This document shows, in pieces, positions 8,343 through 17,628 of a stretch of 64,000 bases of DNA. Below the pieces are notes generated by a model that saw only the letters and a list, made by a program, of their open reading frames with translations, had not been told where the DNA came from and did no database searches. The number at the start of each line of letters is the position of its first letter. The stretch's first letter is position 1. A program made the position numbers and the translations under genes. The stretch comes from an uncultured Actinomycetes bacterium (GTDB lineage: Bacteria > Actinomycetota > Actinomycetes > Streptosporangiales > Streptosporangiaceae): the NCBI GenBank assembly GCA_963755815.1, contig CAVWLF010000001.1, positions 1 to 64,000 on the forward strand, in the 5' to 3' direction.

Positions 8343-9005
8343 TCATTCGGTCCACGACTCGGTGCGGCATAGACGATCCCGCCACAGCCGGACGCCATCC
8401 CCCTTCGGCTGCCATCGCTCGCACCGGCGAAGCATGGCGCGGCATCGCGCGAGCATGGCCTGCTGGCGTGATGCCCAGGCAGGAGCAGAGCCGTACGCGT
8501 CGAAGAGCCCGTCCAGGGCCGAGGCGTGCTCAGGGTGATGCATGCGGACGATCCACTCGCACCAGGCCAGGTCCTCGACTGGATGTCCGAGGTGGGCCCA
8601 TTCCCAGTCCAGGACAGCTGTGATCGCATCGGCAGCCGGGTCGAGCAGGACATTATTCGGCCCATAGTCGCCGTGGACCAGGACACTAGGAGCCTGGCCC
8701 GGACCGCCAGCAATGACTAGCGCGGGATCAATCGAGTGGATGCGCCTGAGCATCTGCCCGCACGCCCGCAGGACGTGTTCAGCCAGGCCAGCCTCGATCA
8801 GGTCCTGACCGTGGACACCGACCATGAAGGCCATGCACAGCCAATCGGCACCGGCGTCTACGACCCTGGGAATGGGCAGGCGGCCCGCAAGCCCGCGCAG
8901 CACCGCAGCCTCAAGCGCGCACCGGTCGACGGCGTCAGGCCCCTGATAGCCCTTGATCACCGTGAACCCGGCACGAGTGGTGCGGTTCGTGTAGCCATGC
9001 GGCAT
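8343..9005 (-). CDS. aminoglycoside/choline-kinase-like phosphotransferase (APH family)
   Basis: Motifs VLVHGDYGPNNVLLD and VLDWEWAHLGHPVEDLAW (Brenner and DxD-type APH motifs). Start at MPHGYTNRT (ATG 9005); the ORF track offers a TTG at 9041. Confidence 0.8.
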   Translation of the reverse strand: MPHGYTNRTTRAGFTVIKGYQGPDAVDRCALEAAVLRGLAGRLPIPRVVDAGADWLCMAFMVGVHGQDLIEAGLAEHVLRACGQMLRRIHSIDPALVIAGGPGQAPSVLVHGDYGPNNVLLDPAADAITAVLDWEWAHLGHPVEDLAWCEWIVRMHHPEHASALDGLFDAYGSAPAWASRQQAMLARCRAMLRRCERWQPKGDGVRLWRDRLCRTESWTE

Positions 9006-9054
9006 CCGCTCAGAGATCGTCCGGCCGCCCTCGAAGTCCAACTAGCGCGGGCCG

Positions 9055-9885
9055 CTAGAGATCGACGGTGCCGGAGATGCAGGTAACGGTCGAGCCGCCG
9101 ACCCAGACCGCGCCGTCGGGGCCGCTGGTGATGCGCACCTGCCCGTTCCGGCCGAGGACGGTGCCCTGCCGGGCCAGGTACGGGGCCTGCGCGCGGCCGG
9201 TGGCCAGCAGCCACTGCGCCAGCGAGGCGTTAAGGCTGCCCGTGACCGGATCCTCGGCCGTGCCGCCGTCGCTGGCGGTGAAGGCCCGCACCTCGAACGC
9301 GGCCGGTCCGCCGGGCGGGTGCGGCCCGGCGACGCCGATCTCGAGGTCGGTCGCGCCGGGCCGGAGCGCGAGCACGGCGTCGGCGCTGGCCAGCAGCACG
9401 GCGATCCAGCCGGGTCCGTTGTCCGCCCACTGCAGGTCGACGATTTCCTCGCGGCCGATCCGGAGGATGTCAGCGATGCGCTGCGCCAGCGGCTCGTCCA
9501 CCGGGCCGCTGCGCAACAGCGGGGGCGCGGCGAAGGCCAGCCCGCCGTCATCCTGGCGGATCGTGATCAGGCCTGCTTCGCACTGCTGCACCACAACGCC
9601 GGCCCGGCGGGGCTGGCCGCCAGCCTCCAGCCAGGCGTGACACGTGCCAAGCGTCGGGTGCCCGGCGAATGGCAGCTCCCGGCTGGCCGTGAAGATCCGC
9701 ACCTGGTAGTCCGCGCTGTCATCGTCAGGCACCAGCAGGAACGTGGTCTCAGACAGGTTCGTCCAGTTAGCGAAGCGCTGCATCTGCTCAGTCGTCAGCC
9801 CGTCCGCGCCGAACACGACGGCGAGCGCGTTGCCCCGATAGGGAGTTGAGGTAAAGACGTCGACCTGGCGAAACTGTCGCAACAT
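9055..9885 (-). CDS. PhzF-family isomerase
   Basis: 276 aa. N-terminus FRQVDVFTSTPYRGNALAVV, plus FAGHPTLG and two-domain PhzF architecture. Confidence 0.85.
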   Translation of the reverse strand: MLRQFRQVDVFTSTPYRGNALAVVFGADGLTTEQMQRFANWTNLSETTFLLVPDDDSADYQVRIFTASRELPFAGHPTLGTCHAWLEAGGQPRRAGVVVQQCEAGLITIRQDDGGLAFAAPPLLRSGPVDEPLAQRIADILRIGREEIVDLQWADNGPGWIAVLLASADAVLALRPGATDLEIGVAGPHPPGGPAAFEVRAFTASDGGTAEDPVTGSLNASLAQWLLATGRAQAPYLARQGTVLGRNGQVRITSGPDGAVWVGGSTVTCISGTVDL

Positions 9886-9966
9886 GATTCGATTCTGGCA
9901 TCCGCGCCCGGAGGCGAGGGCGTCACCGGCCGGTATCCGCCAACGGCAGGCCGAAGACCTCCGTCA

Positions 9967-10479
9967 CTACGCGGGCACGGCCAGGCGCTGCATCCATAGC
10001 GAGCTGATGTACTGACCATCCTTAACCGCGTACTCGCAGAACGTGCCCACCTCGGTAAAGCCGAACTTCCGGTGCAACGCGACCGACGCGTCGTTGGGCA
10101 GGGCGATGCCGGCCAGGGCGACATGAATCTTCTCGCCCGCCAGGCAGCTGAACAGCTCGCGGTAGAGCGCGGTCCCAGCGCCCTGCCCCCGGCAGCCGGC
10201 CTGCAGCGCGATGGTGACTTCGATGGTTTCCGAGAAGGCCTCGTGCCGCCGGTAGCGCTGGCTGCCGGCGTAGCCCATGACCTGGCCGTCACGCCGGGCC
10301 ACGAAGAGCCGGTAGCAGCCGGCCGGGGAGAACTGCCCGAACCAATCGCGCCGGTCAGCCACGCTGACCGGCCGGGTGCCGAAGTTGGCGATCGAGTTCG
10401 CCGCCGTGTAGTTGAAGATCTCCACGATTCCGGGCAGGTCAGCTTCGACCGCAGGCGCGATCCGCACGGGCGTCATCAT
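9967..10479 (-). CDS. GNAT acetyltransferase, phosphinothricin-N-acetyltransferase-like
   Basis: 170 aa. VEADLPGIVEIFNY...NFGTRPVSVADRRDWF...CRGQGAGTALYRELF...HRKFGFTEVG matches the PAT/Bar-like subfamily pattern. The start overlaps the stop of the upstream peptidase. Confidence 0.85.
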   Translation of the reverse strand: MMTPVRIAPAVEADLPGIVEIFNYTAANSIANFGTRPVSVADRRDWFGQFSPAGCYRLFVARRDGQVMGYAGSQRYRRHEAFSETIEVTIALQAGCRGQGAGTALYRELFSCLAGEKIHVALAGIALPNDASVALHRKFGFTEVGTFCEYAVKDGQYISSLWMQRLAVPA

Positions 10480-12416
10480 GCTTGCCCTTCCGCCGGATCA
10501 GCGAGCCACCGGTCGAACCACGCGCGGGCCCGCCGGAGCAGGTCGAGCTGATGATTGCGTTCCGCCAGCCCGTGACCCTCCCTCGGGTAGACGACAAGCT
10601 CATGCTCGGCCCCGAACCAGCTGAGCGCGCGGTGGAAGTAGATGGCCTGGCCGAGCGGCACGTTCGTGTCATCCTCGCCGTGCACGATCAGCACCGGGGT
10701 ACGGACCTTCGAGGCGAACGAGATCGGGCTGACCTGGTCGTGCGGGTGCGGGCCGGTGCCCTCCCAGCCGCAGCTGCCGCCGTACTCTGCCTCCAGGGTG
10801 CCATTTTCGCCGGTCGCGACGAGCATCCCCCAGTCGCTGATCCCGGCGCTCATCAGCGCGGCCCCGAACCGGCCGGTCTGCCCGATCGCCCACGCGGTCA
10901 TGAACCCGCCGTGGCTGCCTCCCTCGATCCCGAGCCGGCCGGAGTCCGCGACCCCGTCCGCGATCAGCAGGTCGATCCCGCTGACGATGTCGGTCCACTC
11001 TTCGCCGCCGATCGAGCCGGTGATCGTCGCGGCGAAGTCGTTGCCATGGCCCTGCCCGCCCCGCGGGTTGGGCAGGAACACCGCGTAACCCGCGGCGGCC
11101 AGCCACTGCCCCGGGGCGTGCGCGTGCAGCATGAGCCGGTCGGACCACCGATAGTAGGGACCGCCGTGCACCATCGTGACCAGCGGAAACGGGCCGTCCG
11201 TCCGGCGCCGGCCAGGCGGCAGGATCAGCAGGCCGTCCAGGCCGAGTCCGTCGGACGCGGTGTAGGAGAGGCGCTCCTGAGTCCCCCAGCTGATCTGGCG
11301 CAGCTCCGGGCTGGTGTCGCTGACCCGGACGAGCCGGCCGCCGGGCGGCCCGGCCTGAACGTCGGCCGGCTCGTACGACGTGGTCACCAGCACGGCGACC
11401 CGCTCACCCGAGCGGCTCACGGTCAGCGAGGCGGCGTCGCCGGCCAGAACCGACACCCGGTCGAAGCGCCGCAGGCCGGCGTCGAGCCGGTAGATCGCGG
11501 TATCGAGCCCGTCGGCGAACAGCGCCAGCGGCGGGCCGGCCGATACCTGCGCCAGGCCGAGCGGGCAGACGGTCATGCCCTCGGTCAGATTGACCTGCTT
11601 CCCGGCGGCACCGGCAGCGGGCACCGGGACGTCGAAGACGGCAAAGCCGCCATTCGGCCCGGGCATCGCCAGGTAGCTCAGGTGCCAGCCGCCATCGGCA
11701 TTCCACCAGGCCAGCGAGTGCGCCTCCGCTGCGATCTGGCCGAGATCGCGGACCGCGCCGGTCTCCGGATCGATCACGTGCAGCTCGTTAGTAGACATGC
11801 CGGGATCGATCTCCGGCGAGACCCAGCTGATCACCGCCAGCGGGCCGCCGTCCGGCCGCTGCGTCACCTCGGCCACGTGCCGGTCGCCGAGCCCGTCCAC
11901 CACGCGCAGCTCCCGGGTGGCCAGATCGAGCAGCCGCAGCCGCTCGCGGGGGAACTGTTCTCCCCAGACGAACGCGTCGTCGAATTCGGCGCGCCTGCGC
12001 TCCTCCTGCTCGGTCGGCTCGTCCGTCGCGACCACGGCCGCCAGCCGGGCGCCCGCGAGCGGGCAGGCATCGGAGATCGCGCCACGCCAGCTGGTCAGAG
12101 CCTGGGCCTCGCCGCCGTCAAGCGGGATCCCGTGCAGCTGGACGGAGCCGGCCCGGTCCGACCGGAAGAACAGCGACGCCGAGTCCGGTGCCCAGCGCGG
12201 GCCGGAGTCCGCCGCCGTACCGGCGGTCAGCTGCCGCGCCGGTGCGCTCCCGTCCGCGGCGGCGACCCAGAGCGCGCTGAGACGGCGCTCCCCCCGCCGG
12301 CCGACCGGGGCGACCACGTAGGCGACCCAGCGCCCGTCCGGTGAGATCACCGGCTGCAGCGCCGTGGCCCGGTCCACGATGAGCTCCGCGGTCAGTTCCG
12401 GTGTCTCCTCGCTCAT
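10476..12416 (-). CDS. S9 family serine peptidase (prolyl oligopeptidase / acylaminoacyl peptidase-like)
   Basis: N-terminal beta-propeller-like region (PRWAPDS, repeated WW/G motifs). C-terminal alpha/beta hydrolase with the nucleophile elbow GGSHGGF and HGEDDTNVP. Start at MSEETPEL (ATG 12416). Confidence 0.9.
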   Translation of the reverse strand: MSEETPELTAELIVDRATALQPVISPDGRWVAYVVAPVGRRGERRLSALWVAAADGSAPARQLTAGTAADSGPRWAPDSASLFFRSDRAGSVQLHGIPLDGGEAQALTSWRGAISDACPLAGARLAAVVATDEPTEQEERRRAEFDDAFVWGEQFPRERLRLLDLATRELRVVDGLGDRHVAEVTQRPDGGPLAVISWVSPEIDPGMSTNELHVIDPETGAVRDLGQIAAEAHSLAWWNADGGWHLSYLAMPGPNGGFAVFDVPVPAAGAAGKQVNLTEGMTVCPLGLAQVSAGPPLALFADGLDTAIYRLDAGLRRFDRVSVLAGDAASLTVSRSGERVAVLVTTSYEPADVQAGPPGGRLVRVSDTSPELRQISWGTQERLSYTASDGLGLDGLLILPPGRRRTDGPFPLVTMVHGGPYYRWSDRLMLHAHAPGQWLAAAGYAVFLPNPRGGQGHGNDFAATITGSIGGEEWTDIVSGIDLLIADGVADSGRLGIEGGSHGGFMTAWAIGQTGRFGAALMSAGISDWGMLVATGENGTLEAEYGGSCGWEGTGPHPHDQVSPISFASKVRTPVLIVHGEDDTNVPLGQAIYFHRALSWFGAEHELVVYPREGHGLAERNHQLDLLRRARAWFDRWLADPAEGQA

Positions 12417-12660
12417 GCAACGCGTCCTTTCGCCGACCGTGGGTACCAGCCACATCCTGCCGTAGCGGAGAGAACCTTCCGCGCCGCTGCGGCAAGCTCA
12501 GCGCGGGGCCCGGCCTGAGCCAGTGGGATGCGGTCCGAGGGAATCCGCCAGCGCCCGCGGCGCCTGGCCGCGCCAGGCATCCGTGATCAGTTCCGCGAGC
12601 AGTGTAGGCACCAGCCGGAGCATCGCCGGCCGGCAGCGGGCTGCCGATAATTTTTAACGG

Positions 12661-12855
12661 ATGGCCCGGCGTCGGTCGCCCGGCCCGGCGACCCCGCCCC
12701 GCGGGAGTGCCATCCCGGCCCGGGCAGGTTGACCTCCAGCGCACGTGAGGTACGACGATGGTCCGGCGCCGGTCGCCCGGCCAGGCGGCCCGCCCCGCGG
12801 GAGTGCCGTCGCGGCCCGGGCAGGTTGACCTCCAGTGCACATGAGGTACGACGAT
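12661..12855. repeat. tandem duplication, 97 + 96 bp (third unit starts at 12854), covering the 5' region of the MFS gene
   Basis: Unit 1 is 12661-12757 and unit 2 is 12758-12853. Both start ATGG(C/T)CCGGCG and end CAGGTTGACCTCCAG(C/T)GCAC(G/A)TGAGGTACGACG. The next copy begins ATGGGCCG. Confidence 0.85.
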
Positions 12856-12861
12856 GGGCCG

Positions 12862-14088
12862 ATGGCAGCGGCGGCGGGTGATGCCGGGGAGTGGTCGTAC
12901 TGGCGCGCACTGCGCAGCGGCCGGCTGGGTGCGCTGCTGGCCGGCAACCTGATCTCCAGCGCCGGTAACGGCATGATCATCAGTGCCCTGCCGCTGCTGA
13001 CCCTGCAGATCCGCGGCGGAATTCCGGCCGGACTGGCCATCGCGCTGGTCCAGGCGTCGCCGTACATCCTGGCCAGCGTGCTGGCCCTGACGCTGGGCCT
13101 GTCCCGGCTGCGGATCCCGCCGCGGGCACTGCTCATCTGGGACAGCATGCTGCGGAGTGCCACGTTTATCCTGCTCGGCACGCTCGCGGTGACCGGGACG
13201 CTCACCTTGTGGATGCTGGTGGGCGGGCTGCTGGCCGGATCGGTCTTCCAGATCGCCTCGAACAGCAGCCGGCGGCTGCTGGCCACCGGGATGACCGGCG
13301 CCGCTGGCCAGTTCGCGGTCAACGGGCTGCTGGGGACGAGCAGCAGCGTGGCCGCCTACGCGGTGGGCCCGGTCCTCGGCGGCATCGTGGCGACGGCGGC
13401 CAGCCCGGGCGTGGCGCTGATCGTCGACGGGCTCACCTTCGTGCCGATGCTCGGCGCCGTCTGCTTCGCGGTCTCCGCCACGTCCCGGCCGGCGCGCGGT
13501 CGTTTTGCTCCGGAGTCCGGCCTGCGCATCATGCGTGCCGTCCCGCCCGCGGCGCGGCTGTTCGTGGTGGTGTTCTGCTTCAACCTGTTCTACATGCCGG
13601 TCGAGGTCGCGCTGCCGCTGCTGGTGCACGGGCAGTTGCACGGCAGCGGAACGGCGCTCGGCCTGATCTGGTCCGGGTTCGGGGCCGGGGCGCTGCTCGG
13701 CGGGATGGGCACGTTGCTGCTGCGCCGGGTCCGGAGGCAGCGCGTGCTGGTCACGATCATCGGGGCGTGGGCCGCGGCGGTGCTGCTGCTCGCGTTCTCG
13801 CCGGCCGTGATCTTCGCGGTGGGGGCGTTCTTTCTCGGCGGGCTCATCTACGCGCCGTTCACGCCGATCGCCTATACCTACGTTCAGTCCATGCTGACGC
13901 CCGATGAGCAGCAGCCGGTCATCACCCTGTGGGCGGCGGGCGCCGTGCTCGCCGCGCCGGTCGGCCTCGCCCTGGCCGGGCCGCTGGTCAGCGCCGCGGG
14001 GGCCAGGAACGCCATGATCATCTCGGCATTGCTGACGGTCGCGCTCGTGCCCCTGGCCGCCGGCAGCCTGCGCCGGGCCCGACCATAG
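12862..14088 (+). CDS. MFS transporter
   Basis: About 12 hydrophobic segments and MFS-like loop motifs. The start is ambiguous (ATG 12835, 12841 or 12862) because the 5' end lies in the tandem duplication. Confidence 0.8.
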   Translation: MAAAAGDAGEWSYWRALRSGRLGALLAGNLISSAGNGMIISALPLLTLQIRGGIPAGLAIALVQASPYILASVLALTLGLSRLRIPPRALLIWDSMLRSATFILLGTLAVTGTLTLWMLVGGLLAGSVFQIASNSSRRLLATGMTGAAGQFAVNGLLGTSSSVAAYAVGPVLGGIVATAASPGVALIVDGLTFVPMLGAVCFAVSATSRPARGRFAPESGLRIMRAVPPAARLFVVVFCFNLFYMPVEVALPLLVHGQLHGSGTALGLIWSGFGAGALLGGMGTLLLRRVRRQRVLVTIIGAWAAAVLLLAFSPAVIFAVGAFFLGGLIYAPFTPIAYTYVQSMLTPDEQQPVITLWAAGAVLAAPVGLALAGPLVSAAGARNAMIISALLTVALVPLAAGSLRRARP

Positions 14089-14245
14089 GCTGGCTTCCGC
14101 CGGATTCGGCCAGGACATATCCCGGGCCAGGCCCTGGATCCGGCATCGAGCACTCCGGTACGGCCGCCATGGGCCGCTTGACACCGGTACTCGCCGTTGC
14201 CACGCTGGCGGCGGGCCTGCCCGGCGCTGCTGACGGGGGGACGAG

Positions 14246-14653
14246 ATGCGCGACGGCCGCTGGGAAGTGGCATCCGGCGACGCCGACTTCGGCCCGTACC
14301 TCGCTGGCCAGCCGGCCGCGAGCGCTGAGATGTTCCTGCGCTTCATCGAGATGGCCCGGGCCTGCGGGCCGGTCACCTTCGAGCTGCAGAACGGACGCGT
14401 CGTCCTGCGCGGAACCCGCCGGATCTTCGCCTCCGTCCGCGCCAGCAAGCAGGGGCTGGACGGGCATATCAATCTCGCGCGCAGCGTCGCCGATCGCCGG
14501 TTCCGCAAGGTCGAGATGCTGACCAAACGCCTGTACTTCCACCGTTACGCCGTCACCTCCCTCTCCGAGCTGGACGAGGAGTTCGGGCGGTGGCTGTGCG
14601 AGGCCCGCGCGATCGGAGACGGGAGCCATCTGACGGACTCGGACGTGACGTGA
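14246..14653 (+). CDS. DUF5655-like hypothetical protein
   Basis: The 135-aa ORF has balanced composition (FLRFIEMARACGPVTFELQNGRVVLRG...RLYFHRYAVTSLSELDEEF). The antisense ORF 14018-14680 is Pro/Gly/Ala-rich and judged spurious. Confidence 0.6.
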   Translation: MRDGRWEVASGDADFGPYLAGQPAASAEMFLRFIEMARACGPVTFELQNGRVVLRGTRRIFASVRASKQGLDGHINLARSVADRRFRKVEMLTKRLYFHRYAVTSLSELDEEFGRWLCEARAIGDGSHLTDSDVT

Positions 14654-14723
14654 TCTCCTTCGAGTTACGTCCGGCCGCACCCGCCGACCGCGAATTATGC
14701 CGGCGGCAGGCCGGAGGCCGCCG

Positions 14724-15227
14724 TCAGGCGAGGTACTTACGGAAGATCACCCCGTGCCGCGCGTAGCCCATCCGGTCCTCGTAGAAGGGCACCGACAGCG
14801 GGCTGCGCAGGTTGGTATCCAGGGCGACCAGAACCGCGCCGCCGGATCGTCCCCACTGCTCGACGGCCGCCATCAGGGCCGTGCCCACGCCGGCCCGCCG
14901 GTACCTTTCGGCCACCATCAGCGCGTTGACGTAGACGCGCGGGCTGGCTGCCGCGCGGGTCAGCTGCCACTGCGCACCGGGTACCGGAGGCTCAAATACC
15001 GCCACCACGAATCCGGCTACCTGCTCGTCGACGGTGGCGACCAGCCGCAGCACGGTCTGGCTGCCGTCGGCGTGGTCCTGCTCGAACCAGCCGGCCAGGC
15101 CTGCCTCCGCGGGCAGCTGGAAGTTCGCCGGGTCCAGCTCGACGTAATAACGGGCCGCATCGAGCCAGGCCCGGGCACAACCCGCTCCGTCACCCGGCTG
15201 GATTCCGCGAACCTTCACCTCGGCCAT
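14724..15227 (-). CDS. GNAT family N-acetyltransferase
   Basis: YRRAGVGTALMAAVEQW acetyl-CoA motif. Start at MAEVKVRGIQPGD (ATG 15227). Confidence 0.8.
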   Translation of the reverse strand: MAEVKVRGIQPGDGAGCARAWLDAARYYVELDPANFQLPAEAGLAGWFEQDHADGSQTVLRLVATVDEQVAGFVVAVFEPPVPGAQWQLTRAAASPRVYVNALMVAERYRRAGVGTALMAAVEQWGRSGGAVLVALDTNLRSPLSVPFYEDRMGYARHGVIFRKYLA

Positions 15228-15447
15228 TGACAATCCCCCTCCCCGGCACCGTATCTCTGGCTGCCGCATGCCTGGCGGCGCCGCGACCTGCTGTCGCTTT
15301 CTGGCAACCTCGGAATTGCGTTCCGCATGGTGGATATGGTCGATTGGTGTTGCCAGGGCAACAGCAAGGCGCCATCGATCAGGAGGAATGCTCCCCGCAC
15401 ACCGGCCGGCCGGGCGGGCTGGGGCGCATTGGCGGGGCTGGAGAGGT

Positions 15448-16755
15448 TCATGGCTGGTCGGCGTCCACGCAGATCAGGGCCCAGGGCCGGTCCTGGACCC
15501 GGGTCATCACCAGGGTCGCCCGGCGGGATCCGGAAAGCTTGAGGCGCCGGTGCAACTGGTCCACATCGCCGGCCAGTCCGCGGCGCCGGATGTCGACCGC
15601 GCCGATATCGAGTGCGCGCAGCCGGGCCGGGAGCTGCTTCTGGTTCCACGGGGCGGAGTCGATGACCCGCAGCCCTCGCCCGAACGGGGTACGCAGCGGC
15701 ACGTCAGCGGACAGGAAGGCGATCTGATCATCGATCTTCCAGGCGCCTAGCCCGCGCGCCAGTTCCGCCACCAGGCTGGCGCGGGTGACGGCCGGGTTGG
15801 GGTCGAGCAGGAACTCGCCGGGCATCCGGACCTCCACCGGCGGCCCGGGCTCGGGAACCAGGGTGTGACCGCCGGGCAGGAGGGTGGCGCGGGTGGCGCG
15901 GCCGGCTCCGGCGGCCGGCCTGGGGGCCGTCGCGAGCGCCGGAGACCAGGCGACCGCCTCTTTCAGCGCGCGGCCGATGGCGATGAACTCCAGCTCCCAG
16001 CCGGGCGGCACCGCCTCATGCGGCAGGCCGGGCGCGGCCTTGATGCCGACCGCCTCGACCCGCTCAGCCAGGCCGAGGCACCACGCCAGCGGTGGTTCGC
16101 TCTGGCCGGCCCGGAGCCGCCGGCCGCCGGCCCGCCGGGCGGGATCGACGAAGATCGCGTCCAGGCCGGCCAGGCTGACCTCCCGGACGTCGCCCTGCAC
16201 CGGTGTCAGGTTCCCGGCGACGCCGCAGACCTCGGCATTGGCCCGGGCGACGCGCAACTGCAGCGGGTCGCGGTCAACGGCGAGCACCTGACGGCTCCCG
16301 GCCGGCCCGCGGAGATCCTCGCCCGGCACCCGGTGGTCCTCGGCCGACGCGCGGAGATCCCCGGCCCGTACCCGGGGATCGTCGGCCGGCATGCAGGGGG
16401 CCTCGGCTAGGACGATGAGGTCGCCGCCGATCCCGCAGCACAGGTCCGCGACCCGGCCCGCGGCGCGGTAGCGGGCCGCCCGGTGCCGCGCCACTACCTC
16501 CGAGGACGCTTGCTCCAGGCCGGGCCGGGTGAAGAACATCTCCATGGCCCGGCTGAACTTGGCTCGCGCCAGCAGCCGCAGCTCATGCTGGGCCAGCGCT
16601 TCGGCCACGAGATCGGCCGGGTAACGCGAACGCAGCACCGTGCCCAGCCGCAGCGGCGTGTCCGCGGCGGCCGCCTCGGTGGCGAGATGATCGAGTAGCT
16701 CCCGGCCGCGCGGGGCCAGCAGGGACTCGAATCGCTCCACGCTTGCGTCAGCCAT
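15448..16755 (-). CDS. class I SAM-dependent methyltransferase with THUMP-like C-terminal region
   Basis: SAM motif I VADLCCGIGGDLIVLAE and a conserved C-terminal block (VTRASLVAELARGLGAWKIDDQIAFLSAD). It contains a low-complexity insertion (DDPRVRAGDLRASAEDHRVPGEDLRGP). Confidence 0.75.
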   Translation of the reverse strand: MADASVERFESLLAPRGRELLDHLATEAAAADTPLRLGTVLRSRYPADLVAEALAQHELRLLARAKFSRAMEMFFTRPGLEQASSEVVARHRAARYRAAGRVADLCCGIGGDLIVLAEAPCMPADDPRVRAGDLRASAEDHRVPGEDLRGPAGSRQVLAVDRDPLQLRVARANAEVCGVAGNLTPVQGDVREVSLAGLDAIFVDPARRAGGRRLRAGQSEPPLAWCLGLAERVEAVGIKAAPGLPHEAVPPGWELEFIAIGRALKEAVAWSPALATAPRPAAGAGRATRATLLPGGHTLVPEPGPPVEVRMPGEFLLDPNPAVTRASLVAELARGLGAWKIDDQIAFLSADVPLRTPFGRGLRVIDSAPWNQKQLPARLRALDIGAVDIRRRGLAGDVDQLHRRLKLSGSRRATLVMTRVQDRPWALICVDADQP

Positions 16756-16864
16756 GTCCTCTTCCCCGGGCGGGCCGGGCATAGGCCCCGGCCGCAGCGC
16801 GGCGAGGCAGCAACAGCCAGGCCGGCGGGCGGCCCGTGCTACAAAATGCTATGAGCGAGATGCG

Positions 16865-17497
16865 ATGAGCGAGCCATCGGAGGAAGCCCGGCCGAGCCTG
16901 TCCAGGAGCCCCCGGACGGTCAGGGACTTCGATTCCTCCTACGCGGGCACGCCACCGTGGGATATCGGGCACCCGCAGCCCGCGTTCTTGCGGCTGGCCG
17001 AGTCCGGCCAGCTGACGGGACGCGTGCTCGATGCGGGCTGCGGGACGGGCGAGCACGCGCTCATGTGCGCGGGCCTGGGGCTTCGGGCCACGGGCATCGA
17101 CGCGGCGCCGGCGGCTATCGGCCTGGCCAGGCGCAAGGCGGCCGAGCGCGGACTCGATGTCCGCTTCCTGGTCTGGGACGCGCTGGACCTGGGCGGGCTG
17201 GGCGAGCAGTACGACACGGTCATCGACAGCGGGCTCTTCCACACCTTCGAGGACGACGATCGGGCCCGGCTGGTGCACAGCCTGCGGGCCGCGGTCGCGC
17301 CGAGAGGCCATTACTTCCTGCTGTGCTTCACCGATCAGCAGCCCGGCGACTGGGGTCCCCGCCGGGTCAGCCAGGACGAGATCCGGGCCAGTTTCGCCGA
17401 TGGCTGGCGGGTCGAGAAGATCGAGGCCGCCACCTTCGAGATCACCCTGGATCCCGGCGGTGCGCTCTCCTGGCTGGCGACGATCACCCGGACGTGA
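16865..17497 (+). CDS. class I SAM-dependent methyltransferase
   Basis: VLDAGCGTGEHAL (motif I) and YDTVIDSGLFH (motif II/III). Start at MSEPSEE (ATG 16865). Confidence 0.8.
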   Translation: MSEPSEEARPSLSRSPRTVRDFDSSYAGTPPWDIGHPQPAFLRLAESGQLTGRVLDAGCGTGEHALMCAGLGLRATGIDAAPAAIGLARRKAAERGLDVRFLVWDALDLGGLGEQYDTVIDSGLFHTFEDDDRARLVHSLRAAVAPRGHYFLLCFTDQQPGDWGPRRVSQDEIRASFADGWRVEKIEAATFEITLDPGGALSWLATITRT

Positions 17498-17628
17498 GGG
17501 ACGAGACGGGCGGCCGGGCCGTCCCGTAACATCGCTGCCATGGGATTCCTTTGACTGTGACCTAGCTCCGCGGCACGTGGGCCGCCTTCCTCATCTGACC
17601 TGGCCGGTGAGACGAGGAAGGACAACAC

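Noticed and set aside
12118-14526. 802-aa minus-strand ORF, the longest in this part of the window
   Set aside because: The translation is Arg/Pro/Gly/Ala-rich with no recognisable domain. It is antisense to a well-supported MFS transporter and overlaps the S9 peptidase. This is a typical stop-free antisense frame in GC-rich DNA.
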